From: Spirochaetaceae bacterium
GTDB lineage: Bacteria > Spirochaetota > Spirochaetia > SZUA-6 > Bin103
NCBI GenBank assembly: GCA_028821475.1
Contig: JAPPGB010000047.1
Coordinates: forward strand, 1,136-65,135
Length of the DNA: 64,000 bases
Reading direction: 5' to 3'
Shown: in pieces, positions 46,711 to 55,184 of the stretch
Position numbering within the stretch: position 1 is the stretch's first letter
How the letters are laid out: each line of letters opens with the position of its first letter
Translations under genes and position numbers: made by a program
The notes under the pieces: generated by a model
Seen by the model: the letters and a program-made list of their open reading frames with translations, nothing else
The model's database searches: none
What the model was told of the DNA's origin: nothing

Positions 46711-46800
46711 CCTGGTCCGAAGAAGCCGGCCGGCAGCCGATGCTTCGGCATCGGTATTCATCGTCTTCGATGTCACGGAGTGACCGTACAGACTCATTCG
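46711..46800 (-). promoter_or_regulatory. Conserved ~90-nt two-hairpin leader element, copy A (5' of the dppC paralog)
   Basis: In transcript sense: GGUCAC-ucc-GUGAC hairpin, then gacgaugaaua, then CCGAUGC-cgaa-GCAUCGG hairpin, then GCCGGCCGGC, then the RBS. About 85% identical to 61432-61520. Confidence 0.4.
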
Positions 46801-46949
46801 TAGCGGATCCGCGGGTCCAGCGACGCGTACAGCAGGTCGGTCAGCAGGTTGACCGCCGCCACCACCGTGGCGAAGAACAGGTTCACCGCCGACACCACCG
46901 GGTAGTCGCGCTCGTTGAGCGCGTCCAGCATCAGCCCTCCGAGCCCCGG
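46794..46949 (-). pseudogene. 3' fragment of a DppB-like permease gene
   Basis: Encodes only ...ENIFNLPGLGGLMLDALNERDYPVVSAVNLFFATVVAAVNLLTDLLYASLDPRIRYE*. Sequence upstream is an out-of-frame dppC 3' end. Confidence 0.6.
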
Positions 46950-46965
46950 CAGGTTGAAGATGTTC

Positions 46966-47688
46966 TCAGACCTGCCTGGCGGCATCGGCATCGAGGCGTC
47001 CGCCGCCGCCGCGCAGCCGCGGGTCGAGCAGGTCGCGCACCGCGTCGCCGAACATGTTCGAACAGTACACGACAATCGTCAGGCACAGGCCCGGCCAGAC
47101 CGCCAGCATGGGCGCCACCTCCATGAACTTGCGCCCTTCCCGGCTGAGCAGACCTCCCCAGCTCGGCACGCCGATCGGCAGCCCGAACCCCAGGAAGCTC
47201 AAGCTGGCCTCACTCATGATCACCCCGCCGATGCTGATGCTGAATATGATGATCATGACCGGCATGATATTGGGCACGACGTGGCGCACCAGTGTCGCGG
47301 CGCCGCCGCTGCCGATCGCGGGGGCGGCCAGAAAGTAGTCATTCTCCTTGATGCCGATGACCGCCGCCCTGACTACTCTCGAGGTGCCGATTCCTCCCGC
47401 TATCCCCAGGACCAGTATTATCTGCAACACACCGCGTCCCGCTATCGACATCACGGTCAACAACATCAGCAGCCCCGGGAAAGCCATCCAGGCATCGACG
47501 AATCTCTGCACAGCCAGGTCCAGTCTCCCACCAAGGAATCCTGAAATGCCGCCGATCAGGGCAGCGACCACGACCGTGAGAGCGCTCGCCGCCAGGCCGA
47601 CAACTATGGAAAGACGAGCCCCTACGATGAGGCGGCTCAAGAAGTCCCGCCCTGCAGCCGGTCTGCCAGGTGCATTTCGGAGAGACAA
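46966..47688 (-). pseudogene. DppC-like permease paralog copy 3, N-terminally truncated with altered C-terminus
   Basis: Lacks the first about 50 codons including TM1. The C-terminus reads DPRLRGGGGRLDADAARQV instead of DPRLRGSV. Confidence 0.6.
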
Positions 47689-47689
47689 C

Positions 47690-47804
47690 GGAGGCGATCG
47701 TTCACGGCTACCACGTCGAGGAGATCGACATACAGGCAGCGCTCCAGTATGCGGCGGACCTGGGCCGCGATCGCGTCGTTGTTGTTCCTGCGCGTGATGC
47801 GTGA
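47690..47804 (+). pseudogene. 3' fragment of a DUF433-family gene (paralog)
   Basis: ...VEEIDIQAALQYAADLGRDRVVVVPARDA* aligns with the DUF433 C-terminus (DIKACLSFAADRERRFVSVPAE). Confidence 0.45.
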
Positions 47805-47807
47805 CGA

Positions 47808-47960
47808 GTGGAGTTCAAGATAGATGAGAACCTGCACTCTGACGCGGCCGCCCTATTGCGGCGCCATGGTCACGACGCCGTAACGGTCTACGAGCAGCGC
47901 CTGCGCGGAGGAAGTGACGAGGAAGTCATTGGCGTCTGCCGACGTGAAGGACGTGCACTT
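47808..47960 (+). pseudogene. 5' fragment of a DUF5615 (PIN-like) gene
   Basis: GTG start. MEFKIDENLHSDAAALLRRHGHDAVTVYEQRLRGGSDEEVIGVCRREGRAL aligns with the DUF5615 N-terminus (MKLLFDQNLSPRL...), after which the frame decays. Confidence 0.45.
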
Positions 47961-48311
47961 CGGCGCCGGTCATCCTCGACGAGGAGCAGTAAGCGCCCGA
48001 CCTGCTGCCCTATATCAAGGAGAAGATCGACGCCAACCGCGCCACGAGGTAAAGCTGTCCGCGACGCGGCGCCCGGCCATGGCCGCCGCCATCAAGACGT
48101 TGCACGGCGATTTGTGCCGCGCGGCACTGCCTGGATACGTGGTTCATCACGGCGCAGCGCCGCCACGGCATCGATTCGCCCGGTTGGCCACAGATCGAGC
48201 TGCGTCGGCTGCGGGACGAGCGCCAGCTCCTCGCCGAAGACGCTGCTGCGGCTGCTGCGACCCGGCGGTTGGCGCTGATGGGTTGGATTGATATACGTTA
48301 CGTTGGTCGAC

Positions 48312-49481
48312 ATGAAGACAACGGAGCAGCGCTTGTTCACTCCCGGCGACGGCGCAACGCCGCCAGCCCTCACCGGACGCGAGCGGGAGGAGGCGGTGCT
48401 GACGCGGTGCCTGGGCGACCTGCTCAGTGGCCGGGCACCACCGCACAACGTTGTCCTGACCGGGCCGCGCGGTACCGGCAAGACGGTGCTGCTCAACTGG
48501 TTCGAGCGCACCTGCCGCGACCACGTATCGGACGTCGACGTGCTGAAACTGACCCCGGACGATATTCCGACCCGGGACGCGCTGATCGAGGTTCTGGCGC
48601 CGACGCCCAAGTTAGCGAAGCTGCTGCCCCGCAAGCTGGGCGTGGCAACGGTGGGCTCGGTCGAGTGGGCGCCGCCCGCCGGGGGCATGCGCAACCTGCG
48701 GGATGAGTTGACCGCCCGGTGCCGCAGGAAGCCGCTGGCGACGCTGGTCGATGAGGCGCACACACTCGACCTGGTGGTGGGAAGAGCGCTGCTCAACGCC
48801 AGTCAAAAGGTGCGTGCCGACGCGCCGTTTCTGCTGGTGCTGGCGGGCACGCCAGGGTTGGCTGCGCATCTCGGCGCCATGAATGCGTCCTTCTGGAGCC
48901 GCTTGGGAGAGGGGCGCCTGGGCATCGGCCTGCTGAGCGACGCGGCCGCCCGCGCCGCCCTGGTCGAGCCGCTGGCCGCCCACGACGAGGGCATCGACGC
49001 CGACGCCCTCGCCACGGTGGTCGACGACAGCCAGTGCTATCCCTACTTTATCCAACTCTGGGGCGAGGCCCTGTGGGAGCGGCATCTGACTACCGGCGCG
49101 ACCCAACTCACCATCGCCCACGCAACTGCCGCGCGGCCCGGCGTGACCGCCAGGATCACCGACTACTACGAGGATCGATACCTGGAGTTGGATCGATCCG
49201 GCTGGCTGGCCGTTGCCGAGCGCGTGGCCGACCGCTTTCACTCCACGCCGACGCTGACCTACGAGCAGTTGAAGTCCGCGGTCGCCGCCGGTCTCGCTGC
49301 GAACGCGGACCCGCAGCAGGTGCATGCAGCCCTGACCGCCCTGCAACGCCTGGGTTTCGTCTGGCGCCCGCCCGGCCAGCTTCCGCCGGTCCGCTACGAG
49401 CCCGGCATTCCCTCGCTCATGGCCTACGTACTCGACCATGCCGCACCGACGCATGGAGAAGCACTTCCCGGAACCAGATAG
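48312..49481 (+). CDS. AAA+ ATPase domain protein (AAA_16/archaeal-ATPase-like)
   Basis: Walker A LTGPRGTGKTVLL, preceded by a (F)TGREREEAVL motif. Start at the ATG at 48312 (ORF track opens at a TTG at 48288). Its 5' end is repeated at 50192 and 52935. Confidence 0.7.
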   Translation: MKTTEQRLFTPGDGATPPALTGREREEAVLTRCLGDLLSGRAPPHNVVLTGPRGTGKTVLLNWFERTCRDHVSDVDVLKLTPDDIPTRDALIEVLAPTPKLAKLLPRKLGVATVGSVEWAPPAGGMRNLRDELTARCRRKPLATLVDEAHTLDLVVGRALLNASQKVRADAPFLLVLAGTPGLAAHLGAMNASFWSRLGEGRLGIGLLSDAAARAALVEPLAAHDEGIDADALATVVDDSQCYPYFIQLWGEALWERHLTTGATQLTIAHATAARPGVTARITDYYEDRYLELDRSGWLAVAERVADRFHSTPTLTYEQLKSAVAAGLAANADPQQVHAALTALQRLGFVWRPPGQLPPVRYEPGIPSLMAYVLDHAAPTHGEALPGTR

Positions 49482-49629
49482 CTCTGCACTTCGGCCGCGT
49501 TCGGATCAGATCGCGAACCAGGGTCTGACGTCGATGCCGTGGCGGCGCTGGTGGCCGGCGCTGATCGGCGCGCCACTCACCCCGGGACGGCGGCGGCGTG
49601 CGCCGTAATCACGGAGCGACGGTGCCGAC

Positions 49630-49878
49630 TCACTCGTAGTGCGTCCACATTCGGAGCACCTTGACGACGCGCTCGCGTTCAAGGACCTGGTACACGAGGC
49701 GGTGCTGGATGTTGATCCGACGCGAACACGCTCCGGTCAGATCGCCAATCAGTTTCTCGAACGGTGGCGGGCTGCGCCAGGGATCCTCACGGAGCACCTG
49801 AAGGAGGCGCTCCACGTTCGTACGGAGCCCGGACGCAGCCACCTTCCGTGCGTCCTTTCGGGCTTGCCTGGTGAACAC
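49630..49878 (-). CDS. yoeB: YoeB/Txe family toxin
   Basis: ...LIGDLTGACSRRINIQHRLVYQVLERERVVKVLRMWTHYE. Confidence 0.8.
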   Translation of the reverse strand: MFTRQARKDARKVAASGLRTNVERLLQVLREDPWRSPPPFEKLIGDLTGACSRRINIQHRLVYQVLERERVVKVLRMWTHYE

Positions 49879-49888
49879 CAGTCGGTAG

Positions 49889-50131
49889 TCACCACCCAGG
49901 CTCTGCGTCGCACTCCTCCACGGGAGTTTCGAGTCCCTTCCGTATCGAATCGGTCATGCCGGGGATGGCGGACAGGTACAGCGTCTCCTGTATTGCATTC
50001 CAGTCTTCTTCGCTCACCAGGACCGCCGACCGCTCTTTTCCCGTTATCGTGACCGGAACATGCGATTCATTCACTTCATCGATGAGCCGGTACAGGTTCT
50101 TCCGTGCATTGGTGACATTCAAGGTCGCCAT
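49889..50131 (-). CDS. yefM: YefM/Phd family antitoxin
   Basis: MATLNVTNARKNLYRLIDEVNESHVPVTITGKERSAVLVSEEDWNAIQETLYL. Confidence 0.8.
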   Translation of the reverse strand: MATLNVTNARKNLYRLIDEVNESHVPVTITGKERSAVLVSEEDWNAIQETLYLSAIPGMTDSIRKGLETPVEECDAEPGW

Positions 50132-50191
50132 GGGCTGCCTCCCGTACGTCATACCGTACGCTACGGACTGCTCAGGGTCAAGTCGTCACAC

Positions 50192-50250
50192 TGTCGATAT
50201 GAAGACGACGGAGCACGCCTGTTCACTCCCGGCGACGGCGCCGCGCCGTG
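50192..50250 (+). pseudogene. 5' fragment of the AAA ATPase gene (copy 2, about 17 codons)
   Basis: GTCGATATGAAGACGACGGAGCACGCCTGTTCACTCCCGGCGACGGCGCC matches the start of 48312-49481 and then runs into the 3' end of the opposite-strand PIN gene. Confidence 0.5.
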
Positions 50251-50258
50251 CGCGCCAG

Positions 50259-50750
50259 CTACGGCCTGTCGATCTCGCGCATCACCGCCGCATACAGTTC
50301 TACCCCGATGCGAAAGCCATGGGAGCGCACGAGGTCGTCGACCAGCCGGCGCACCTCGGCCCGGTCGACCAGTCTCCGCCGCAGCGCCAGCAGCAATACG
50401 CCAACGGTGCCGAGCGGTCGAATTCCTTCCACCGTGGCCAGGCGGCGAACGGTCCGGTCGTCGGCGAGCAGCAGGTCCGCTTCGAGTCGGACGGCCAGCG
50501 TCATGGCCGCATTGTCGGCGCGGCTCATGCCGACGGCAAAGCCGCGCGGGCTGTCGACGCGTTCCATGCGTACCGCCGCCAGAAACCGATGCAGTTCATC
50601 GGACTCGGCCCGGTCGAGCGGACCCGCCAACACCTCGTCTCGAACCTGTTGCGGCACCGCGACATCGTCTCCCAGGACGCGGTGAATCAGGTCAAGGCGC
50701 CGGATCTTGCCCAGAAATATCAGCGGACTTGCATCGGCGACGACGGTCAA
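50259..50750 (-). CDS. DUF3368 PIN-domain protein (toxin)
   Basis: 163 aa, VVADASPLIFLGKIRRLDLI...LLLADDRTVRRLA...GIRPLGTVGVLL. Confidence 0.75.
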   Translation of the reverse strand: MTVVADASPLIFLGKIRRLDLIHRVLGDDVAVPQQVRDEVLAGPLDRAESDELHRFLAAVRMERVDSPRGFAVGMSRADNAAMTLAVRLEADLLLADDRTVRRLATVEGIRPLGTVGVLLLALRRRLVDRAEVRRLVDDLVRSHGFRIGVELYAAVMREIDRP

Positions 50751-51073
50751 AGCGGCTGCAGGTCCGCCGCCAAGTCCTCCGGACCGTAGTTCAACACCAA
50801 GTCCTGATCGCGCAAACGGAGAATCAGGTCACGGAGGCTCAGGCCGGCAATCTCGGCGGCACGCGAGAGGGTTACTTCCCCGCGCCGGTACTCGTGGCAA
50901 GCACGTTCGAGCAGGAGCGCGCTGGTACCTCGTCGAACCGCCCACCGCAACAGGGTGGAGCGGTCGACACCCATAGCCTGCGCGGTGCTCTCCAGGCGAG
51001 ACACCTCGGACTCCGGCAGTCGCAGCGATACGGTTACCGTTTGCACGTATACAACTCCGCACCATGTATACAC
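50747..51073 (-). CDS. UPF0175 family protein (antitoxin partner of DUF3368)
   Basis: ...ACHEYRRGEVTLSRAAEIAGLSLRDLILRLRDQDLVLNYGPEDLAADL matches UPF0175 (YRrGelSlgkAAelAGms..eF). Start uncertain. Confidence 0.7.
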   Translation of the reverse strand: MYTWCGVVYVQTVTVSLRLPESEVSRLESTAQAMGVDRSTLLRWAVRRGTSALLLERACHEYRRGEVTLSRAAEIAGLSLRDLILRLRDQDLVLNYGPEDLAADLQPL

Positions 51074-51134
51074 GGTGCGGTGCCCACCGTCAACTACGAT
51101 GTCGATGTCCGGGTTGGTCAGCTTGAAGCGGCGG

Positions 51135-52076
51135 TCAGACGCTGCCGCGCAGGCGGGGGTCGAGCAGGTCGCGCAGCGCGTCGCCGAACATGTTGATGCT
51201 GTACACGACGATGGTCAGGCACAGGCCCGGCCAGATCGCCAGCCGCGGCGCCATCTCCATGTACTGGCGGCCCTCCCGGCTCAGCATCCCGCCCCAGCTC
51301 GGCACCCCGGGCGGCAGCCCGAACCCCAGGAAGCTCAACGACGCCTCCGCCACGATGATGCCGCCGATGGTGATCGAGAAGATCACGATGATCGGCGCCA
51401 TGATGTTGGGCAGCACGTGCCGCAGCAGGGTCGCGAAGGTGCGCTCGCCAATGGCCTGCGCGGCCTGGAAGTAGTCGTTCTCCTTGATGCCGATCACCGC
51501 GCCGCGCACCACCCGCGAGTTGGTGATGCCGGACGATACCCCCAGAATCACTATGATCTGCAGCAGCCCCTGCCCGGCGATCGACATGATGGTGAGCAAC
51601 AGCAGCAGGCCCGGGAACGACATCCAGGCGTCCACGAACCGCTGCACCAGGAGGTCCAGCTTGCCACCGATGAACCCCGCGGTGCCGCCGATCAGCACCG
51701 CGACCACCACGTGCAACGTGGTCGCCGCCAGGCCGACGAACAGCGAGATGCGCGCCCCGTAGATCAGGCGGCTCAGAAAGTCGCGCCCGAGCTGGTCGGT
51801 GCCGAGCGGATACTCGCCCGACGGGCCTTGCAGCCGGTCGGCCAGCGTCATCTGGTTGGGATCGTGCCCTGCCAGGTACGGTGCGAAGATGCTGACCAGG
51901 ACCAGCGCCAGCAGCACCACGCCCCCGAACGCACCCAGGGGCTGCTCCTTGATGAATCGTCGCGGCAACCCGCCCAGGAACAACCGGCGCTCCACTCGCT
52001 TTGTCGCCGAACCGGCGGCTGCCCGTTCGGCTCCTCGTTCGTCCGGCGCTCGCCCGGACGGCACTCGCCCGGCCAT
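51135..52076 (-). CDS. DppC/OppC-like ABC permease, paralog copy 4
   Basis: Full length from MAGRVPSG... Its ATG overlaps the stop of the truncated dppB upstream. Its 3' 65 bp are 100% identical to the 3' end of copy 1 (35915-35975). Confidence 0.75.
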   Translation of the reverse strand: MAGRVPSGRAPDERGAERAAAGSATKRVERRLFLGGLPRRFIKEQPLGAFGGVVLLALVLVSIFAPYLAGHDPNQMTLADRLQGPSGEYPLGTDQLGRDFLSRLIYGARISLFVGLAATTLHVVVAVLIGGTAGFIGGKLDLLVQRFVDAWMSFPGLLLLLTIMSIAGQGLLQIIVILGVSSGITNSRVVRGAVIGIKENDYFQAAQAIGERTFATLLRHVLPNIMAPIIVIFSITIGGIIVAEASLSFLGFGLPPGVPSWGGMLSREGRQYMEMAPRLAIWPGLCLTIVVYSINMFGDALRDLLDPRLRGSV

Positions 52077-52912
52077 CAGCGGTACCCGACCCGCGGATCC
52101 AGAACGGCGTAGATCAGGTCGACCACCAGGTTGATTGCCATCACCGAGGCCGCGAACGTCAAGTTTACGCCGGAGACCACCGGGTAGTCGCGGTCGTTGA
52201 GCGCGTCCAGCATGAGGCGGCCGAGCCCCGGCAGACTGAAGATGCTCTCCATGATCACCGAGCCGCCGATCAGGATCGGCATCTGCAGGCCGATCAGCGT
52301 CACCACCGGGATCAGGGCGTTCTTGATCGCGTGTCTGACGATCACGACCTGCTCCTGCAGACCCTTGGACCAGGCGGTCCTGACGTAGTCCTGCCGGAGT
52401 ACCTCCAGCATCATGGTGCGCGTCATCCGCATCGTGGCCGCGGCCAGGTAGGTGCCCAGAATCAGGCTCGGCACGATGAACACGCCGATGCTGCCCAGCG
52501 GATCGTCGCGGAACGGCACCAGCGTCAACGGTGGCGACCACGCCCACCAGATGGCAGGGAAGGTCAGAATCAGGGTCGCCAGCCAGAAGTTGGGGGTGGC
52601 CAGGCCGATGATGGCGACCGACCGACCGACGTAGTCGGCGGCCGTATTGCGGCGCATCGCGGAGTAGATGCCGACCGGCAGCCCGATCAGCAACCCGATC
52701 ACGATCGCCATCACTCCCAGTTGGACGGTTGCCGGTAACCTGGCGAGTATCTTCTCCTCGACCCGCCAGTCGCCCAGGAGGGAATTGCCCAGCGTGCCGT
52801 GCAGGAAGATATCCCCCAGCCAGCGTCCATACTGCACGTAGATCGGCCGGTCCAGTCCCAACATCCGCTCCAGCTTTTCACGGTCTATATCGGGATCCAT
52901 GAAACTCGCCAT
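52076..52912 (-). pseudogene. DppB-like permease paralog, N-terminally truncated (lacks first ~43 codons)
   Basis: Begins MASFMDPDIDREKLERMLGLDRPIYVQYGRWLG, corresponding to residue about 43 onward of the intact DppB. TM1 is missing. The 5' end abuts AAA-ATPase fragment copy 3. Confidence 0.6.
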
Positions 52913-52934
52913 TTGCGCCGCCAACGCCTGGTCG

Positions 52935-53152
52935 ACATGAAGACAACAGAGCAGCGCCTGTTCACTCCCGGCGACGGCGCCACGCCGCCAGCCCTCACCG
53001 GACGCGAGCGGGAGGAGGCGGTGCTGACGCGGTGCCTGGGCGAACTGCTCGGCGGCCGGGCGCCACCGCACAACGTCGTCCTGACCGGGCCGCGCGGTAC
53101 CGGCAAGACGGTGCTGCTCAACTGGTCGAGCGCGCCTGCCGCGATTACGTAG
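52935..53152 (+). pseudogene. 5' fragment of the AAA ATPase gene (copy 3, about 70 codons, 1-nt deletion then divergence)
   Basis: About 93% identical to 48309-48520 up to AACTGGT-CGAGCGC (a single T is missing relative to copy 1). A stop follows after ...LLNWSSAPAAIT*. Confidence 0.6.
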
Positions 53153-53182
53153 CGGACTGGTTCGTGGTATTCTGATTGCAAC

Positions 53183-53704
53183 GTGTCGTCTCCCAACCAG
53201 CAGCATCGGGGTCATGGATACCCCGAACTGAAGCCACTTCTGGATCTGTACCTGGGCAGGGTGCGCGACGGACTCGGGGAACGCGTGTCGGCGGTAGCCC
53301 TCTATGGCTCGGTGGCACGCGGACAGGCGCAGGCGGGGAGCGACGTGGATCTGTTCGTGGTCCATCGCGGCCCGCGTGCTGCCGTGTTCGAGGTATTCCT
53401 GCAGGTCGCGCTGCAGTTGCGCGACCATCCGCTCGTTCGTGAGTTGCAGGCGCGCAAGGTTCCGACCGAGCCGTACGCGGTGTTCCGTACCGAGACGGAG
53501 CTGGCCGATACCCCCTGGCTGCTGCTGGACATCACTGACCACGGCATCATTCTGTTCGATCCGCGCCACGTGCTGGCGCGCAAGCTGGCGAGCCTGCGGC
53601 TGCGGCTGCGCGAACTTGGCTCGCGCCGCGTGGAGCTGGCCGATGGCTCGTGGTATTGGGACCTGAAGCCCGATATGCGTCCCGGCGAGGTCATCGCCCT
53701 GTAG
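53183..53704 (+). CDS. Minimal nucleotidyltransferase (MNT) domain protein, paralog of 42117-42656
   Basis: LYGSVARGQAQAGSDVDLFVV, about 70% identical to the other MNT. Start uncertain (GTG at 53183). Confidence 0.7.
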   Translation: MSSPNQQHRGHGYPELKPLLDLYLGRVRDGLGERVSAVALYGSVARGQAQAGSDVDLFVVHRGPRAAVFEVFLQVALQLRDHPLVRELQARKVPTEPYAVFRTETELADTPWLLLDITDHGIILFDPRHVLARKLASLRLRLRELGSRRVELADGSWYWDLKPDMRPGEVIAL

Positions 53705-53720
53705 CGACGCAGCGGTTGCC

Positions 53721-53858
53721 ATGGACAACGGGGAGCGCGGCCGCAGGCTGATGGCGATGGCCGCCGAGTACTTGCAGGATATGGACGCCGCCGCCGGCCG
53801 CGGCTGCTGCGACTACGGCGGTGGCGAAAGAATCACCGAGCCGACACGGCCGATGTAG
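53721..53858 (+). pseudogene. Truncated HEPN gene remnant (45 codons)
   Basis: MDNGERGRRLMAMAAEYLQDMDAAAG... resembles the HEPN N-terminus (MSNGERGRKLLAASREHLAEMEGAL...) and then terminates. It is overlapped by the opposite-strand vapC. Confidence 0.5.
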
Positions 53859-54214
53859 GCGAAGTGGCGGTCGGTGGTGAGCACGGTGGCGCCCTCGCGC
53901 GCCGCGAGGGCGGCAATCCAGATGTCGTTCGTGGGAATCGGCATTCCGTGACGGCGCAACTCGACCACGATGTCGGCGTAGTGCGATGCCGCTTCGTCGT
54001 CCACGGACAGGATGGCAACCACCGATTCCTCGATGAACTGCCGGAGCCGCTCCTCGTTCTCGGCGCGGCGCGTGCCGCGGCGGAACCCCACCCTGAGTTC
54101 GCCCAGGACGATGGCCGGCAGCAACACCGTCCGCGCCCGGGTCACGGTTCGCACCGCCTCCGGCATGCCTCGCCTGAAGTGGCTGTAGCCGGAGGTGTCC
54201 AGACAGATGCGCAT
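53813..54214 (-). CDS. vapC: VapC family PIN-domain toxin
   Basis: MRICLDTSGYSHFRRG...LAAREGATVLTTDRHF. Confidence 0.8.
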   Translation of the reverse strand: MRICLDTSGYSHFRRGMPEAVRTVTRARTVLLPAIVLGELRVGFRRGTRRAENEERLRQFIEESVVAILSVDDEAASHYADIVVELRRHGMPIPTNDIWIAALAAREGATVLTTDRHFAYIGRVGSVILSPPP

Positions 54215-54465
54215 CAGCGCCAGAGTTCCTCGTCGACCTGCTCGAACATCCTGGTGTTGGCCTCGAATTCCTGCAGGTCGGCCTTGCTCCAGTCGCCTGC
54301 ATGGCGGCCGAGCCCGTTGTCATACGATGCATCCGGAGCGACTCCGAGTGCGCGGCGCAGCAGATCGATCACGGTCGCGTTCAGGGAGCCGCCGCGGCGC
54401 GTTTTCTCCGCCATGAGAGCCTCCGCCAGTTCGGCCGGTACATTGCGAACGGTGAGATGTGTCAT
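54214..54465 (-). CDS. vapB: VapB/FitA-like ribbon-helix-helix antitoxin
   Basis: MTHLTVRNVPAELAEALMAEKTRRGGSLNATVIDLLRRALGV. Its stop overlaps the vapC start. Confidence 0.7.
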   Translation of the reverse strand: MTHLTVRNVPAELAEALMAEKTRRGGSLNATVIDLLRRALGVAPDASYDNGLGRHAGDWSKADLQEFEANTRMFEQVDEELWR

Positions 54466-54570
54466 GCGCCCTTCCTTATGTGCATTCACTGAATACACTA
54501 TTTGAACGCATTACTCGCGTCAACCACGGGCGCGCCGCCTCCACGCCGCCTCCTCATCGATTCTGGCCGT

Positions 54571-54954
54571 TCAGGCGCGCGCAGGCAGGACGTTCACCGC
54601 GTATTCGTGGATCATCGCGTCGGTCGTGACCAGCGTCAGCCCAAGCGTCTGCGCCTGCGCAATCAGGAGCCGGTCGAAGGGATCGCGATGCAGCATCGGG
54701 AGTGCTTCGACCAACTCGGCGTGCTGCCAGCGGACCGGCAGTTCCAGGAACCCCTGCTCGGCGATTTCGGTGACGTAGTCGTCGCCGATTTCGAGCTTGC
54801 CGAGCGCCCGCTTGATGGCGATCTCCCAGATGGCGGCAGCGCTCACGTAGACGACGTTGTCGGTGTCCTGAACGGCCGCGCGAGCCTCGTCAGGCAACTC
54901 GGGCGTGTCGCCGAGCCACCACAGCACGATCTGCGTGTCAAGGAGCAGATTCAC
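54571..54954 (-). CDS. vapC: VapC family PIN-domain toxin
   Basis: GTG start inside a GTGA overlap with the antitoxin stop. LLLDTQIVLWWLGD...DPFDRLLIAQAQTLGLTLVTTDAMI. Confidence 0.75.
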   Translation of the reverse strand: MNLLLDTQIVLWWLGDTPELPDEARAAVQDTDNVVYVSAAAIWEIAIKRALGKLEIGDDYVTEIAEQGFLELPVRWQHAELVEALPMLHRDPFDRLLIAQAQTLGLTLVTTDAMIHEYAVNVLPARA

Positions 54955-55184
54955 CGTGCGCCAAACGCCTCCGCCAGGTCCTCCGGTAGATCGTCGAAAT
55001 CGGGTGCGATGCGTATCTTGCCGCGCATGGTTCCCGGCCGTCGTTGCGGCGAGGAACTCTGGTAGGAGCGGAGCACGGCAGCCGGCTTGCCCGCCTTGCC
55101 GATGATCACTTCCTCGCCGGCCTGCACCCGCGCGATGAGTTCGGACAGCCGCGCCTTCGCCTCGGTAACGGTGTTCACGACCAT
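54951..55184 (-). CDS. Phd/prevent-host-death family antitoxin
   Basis: MVVNTVTEAKARLSELIARVQAGEEVIIGKAGKPAAVL. Confidence 0.7.
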   Translation of the reverse strand: MVVNTVTEAKARLSELIARVQAGEEVIIGKAGKPAAVLRSYQSSSPQRRPGTMRGKIRIAPDFDDLPEDLAEAFGAR

